Below, one piece after another: positions 62,687 to 64,000 of a DNA stretch of 64,000 nt (position 1 is its first letter; every line of letters begins with the position of its first letter). The DNA lies in the NCBI GenBank assembly GCA_965178125.1, contig OZ237753.1, positions 744,001 through 808,000 on the forward strand, in the 5' to 3' direction. Made by a program: the position numbers and the translations under genes. The notes beneath the pieces were generated by a model. That model did no database searches, was not told the DNA's origin, and saw only the letters and a list, made by a program, of their open reading frames with translations. This DNA is from Bilabrum cf. latius (taxonomy: Eukaryota).

Positions 62687-64000
62687 TCAGGTCCTGCCTG
62701 CCTCGGACCCAGCTCCACTGGCAGGCGGACTCTCTCCGCCGGATGGCTCCGACGTGTCGCCATCCTGAACGGCGTGCTCGTCTCCGTGGCTAGTAGTGGC
62801 ACCGTCGGGATGCTCGCCTGCGTTGCCGGGATCCTCTCCGCTCCCGGTTTTCCTGTCGAAATCGTCCCACCGAAGCTCCTGGTCCCACAAAACAACCCCG
62901 CCGGTGGAATCCGTAGCAAGCGGAGGCAGCGCAGATCGCCTCGAATTGGAATCGCCGTGATGCTCTGAAGACCGCATTTCTTCACCGCCATGTCCCGGGC
63001 TCGGCGAAGATCTGCTTGAAGCGGACTCGTGCGAAGACTCGCGGTGCCCCTCCGTGTCCGTGTCACCTTCCGCCGCGTCGCTCGCAGCGTGAGAGGCTGT
63101 CGGCATGCCGTCTAAATTGCGGGCAACAGACCACGGAAAGGCGCTGGAAGGGTACTTTGCAGCGTTGCTAATGTCCTGTACGGAAGCACACTCGGGGGAC
63201 GGTGCCGCGGAGGCTTCCCGCGGCCCAGCCTATCTCTTGCTCCTCGAGCAGTTGCTTCGGTGCCGTTCCACGTCATCGAAGCTGAAGCTATCCCACGAAA
63301 CGACCTCCTCGAGGGCATACCTGGGTGTAGGCTCATCGCGTGATTCACTGTCTGCGGTGGAACTGTCACTCTGGTCGTCCTTCAATGGATACCCTGTGGC
63401 AATCACCATCGCAACGTCGAACCGCGGCGGCACCCCCAGCGCCTCTCGCACGGCCGGGCCGTGCAATCCCTCCATGGGCGACGTTGCGAGTCCAGCCGCC
63501 TCGCAAGCGAGAAAGTAGTATCCTGCCAATATGCCAGCTTGCTTTAGCGCCCAACCTTCGGCAGAGTGCGCAGTCGGTATCCTGTTTGGCCCCAGCACGG
63601 CAGATGCAACCAGCAATGCGGCCCGCTTGATTTCCTGGGCCTACGGGCCGAGCGCACCCCCGACTAACACGGCTATTTTTTCGCCCAACCCATCAATGTA
63701 TGCGGCTGGCTTCTGTCCGGCAGCTCGTTCCAGCGCCTCCAACCGGTGCAGCGTTCGCACCGCCTCCTTGTCTGCAAGAAGCACGACTGAAGCCGGGGCT
63801 TCCAGCACTCGCTTCGCGTTGGCACCAGGCATGCAATTTGCTATTGCTCGCTTTGTCTCTTCCTTAGATGCAACCACGAAGCGCCAAGGTTGCAAATTGA
63901 AACTCGAAGGTGCTCGTAGAGATACTTGAAGAACTTGTTTCAGCACCTGTGGATCCAACTATTGCTTGGTATCAAATATATGCACTGACTTCCTGTCTTT
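62687..64000 (-). CDS. Nitroreductase-family FMN protein; 5' end beyond the window
   Basis: 'RKSVHIFD', 'APSSFNLQPWRFVV', 'AAGLATSPMEG', 'LGVP...VIATGYP'. TAGs at 63959, 63641, 63230; ends TGA at 62687. Confidence 0.88.

Noticed and set aside
1-64000. Cluster of pseudogenes or sequencing errors explaining the broken ORFs
   Set aside because: Only TAG interrupts frames; no TAA, TGA or frameshifts; catalytic motifs are intact; TAGs are identical across repeat copies.
1-64000. Pyrrolysine, A-to-I editing (UAG to Trp) or programmed leaky readthrough
   Set aside because: No pyl genes or methylamine methyltransferases, TAG positions do not align with Trp, no shared downstream context, and up to 13 TAGs per gene would make leaky readthrough unworkable.

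Overview
GC-rich, gene-dense nuclear DNA of a flagellated microbial eukaryote (stramenopile-like by inference from the myosin and NEK/IFT57 sequences; not established). It has short GT-AG introns near gene 5' ends. The ORF track is fragmented because nearly every real gene carries in-frame TAG codons: about 82 by my hand count in 13 of 15 genes, 12 of them in repeat copies. I found no internal TAA, TGA or frameshift. Reading TAG as sense joins the fragments into 15 intact genes (14 with visible ends: 12 TGA, 2 TAA). Conserved positions (NEK6/7 'WKFFC*IC', IFT57 'GEQF' site, GAF 'GIAG*') point to UAG=Gln with UAA/UGA kept as stops, equivalent to NCBI table 15. Genes: tandem FG-GAP beta-propeller protein, listerin/LTN1, CBS protein, small TM protein, RAMP4-like, HAD phosphatase, myosin, WW-R3H (SPAG7-like), GAF-PDE, unknown mitochondrial protein, MIT-like protein, NEK-IFT57 fusion, a ~4,100-aa cadherin/FG-GAP surface protein with an unrecognised repeat, SLU7 lacking its zinc knuckle, and a nitroreductase. 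No tRNA, rRNA, CRISPR array or intact mobile element was recognised. All counts and alignments are by eye.
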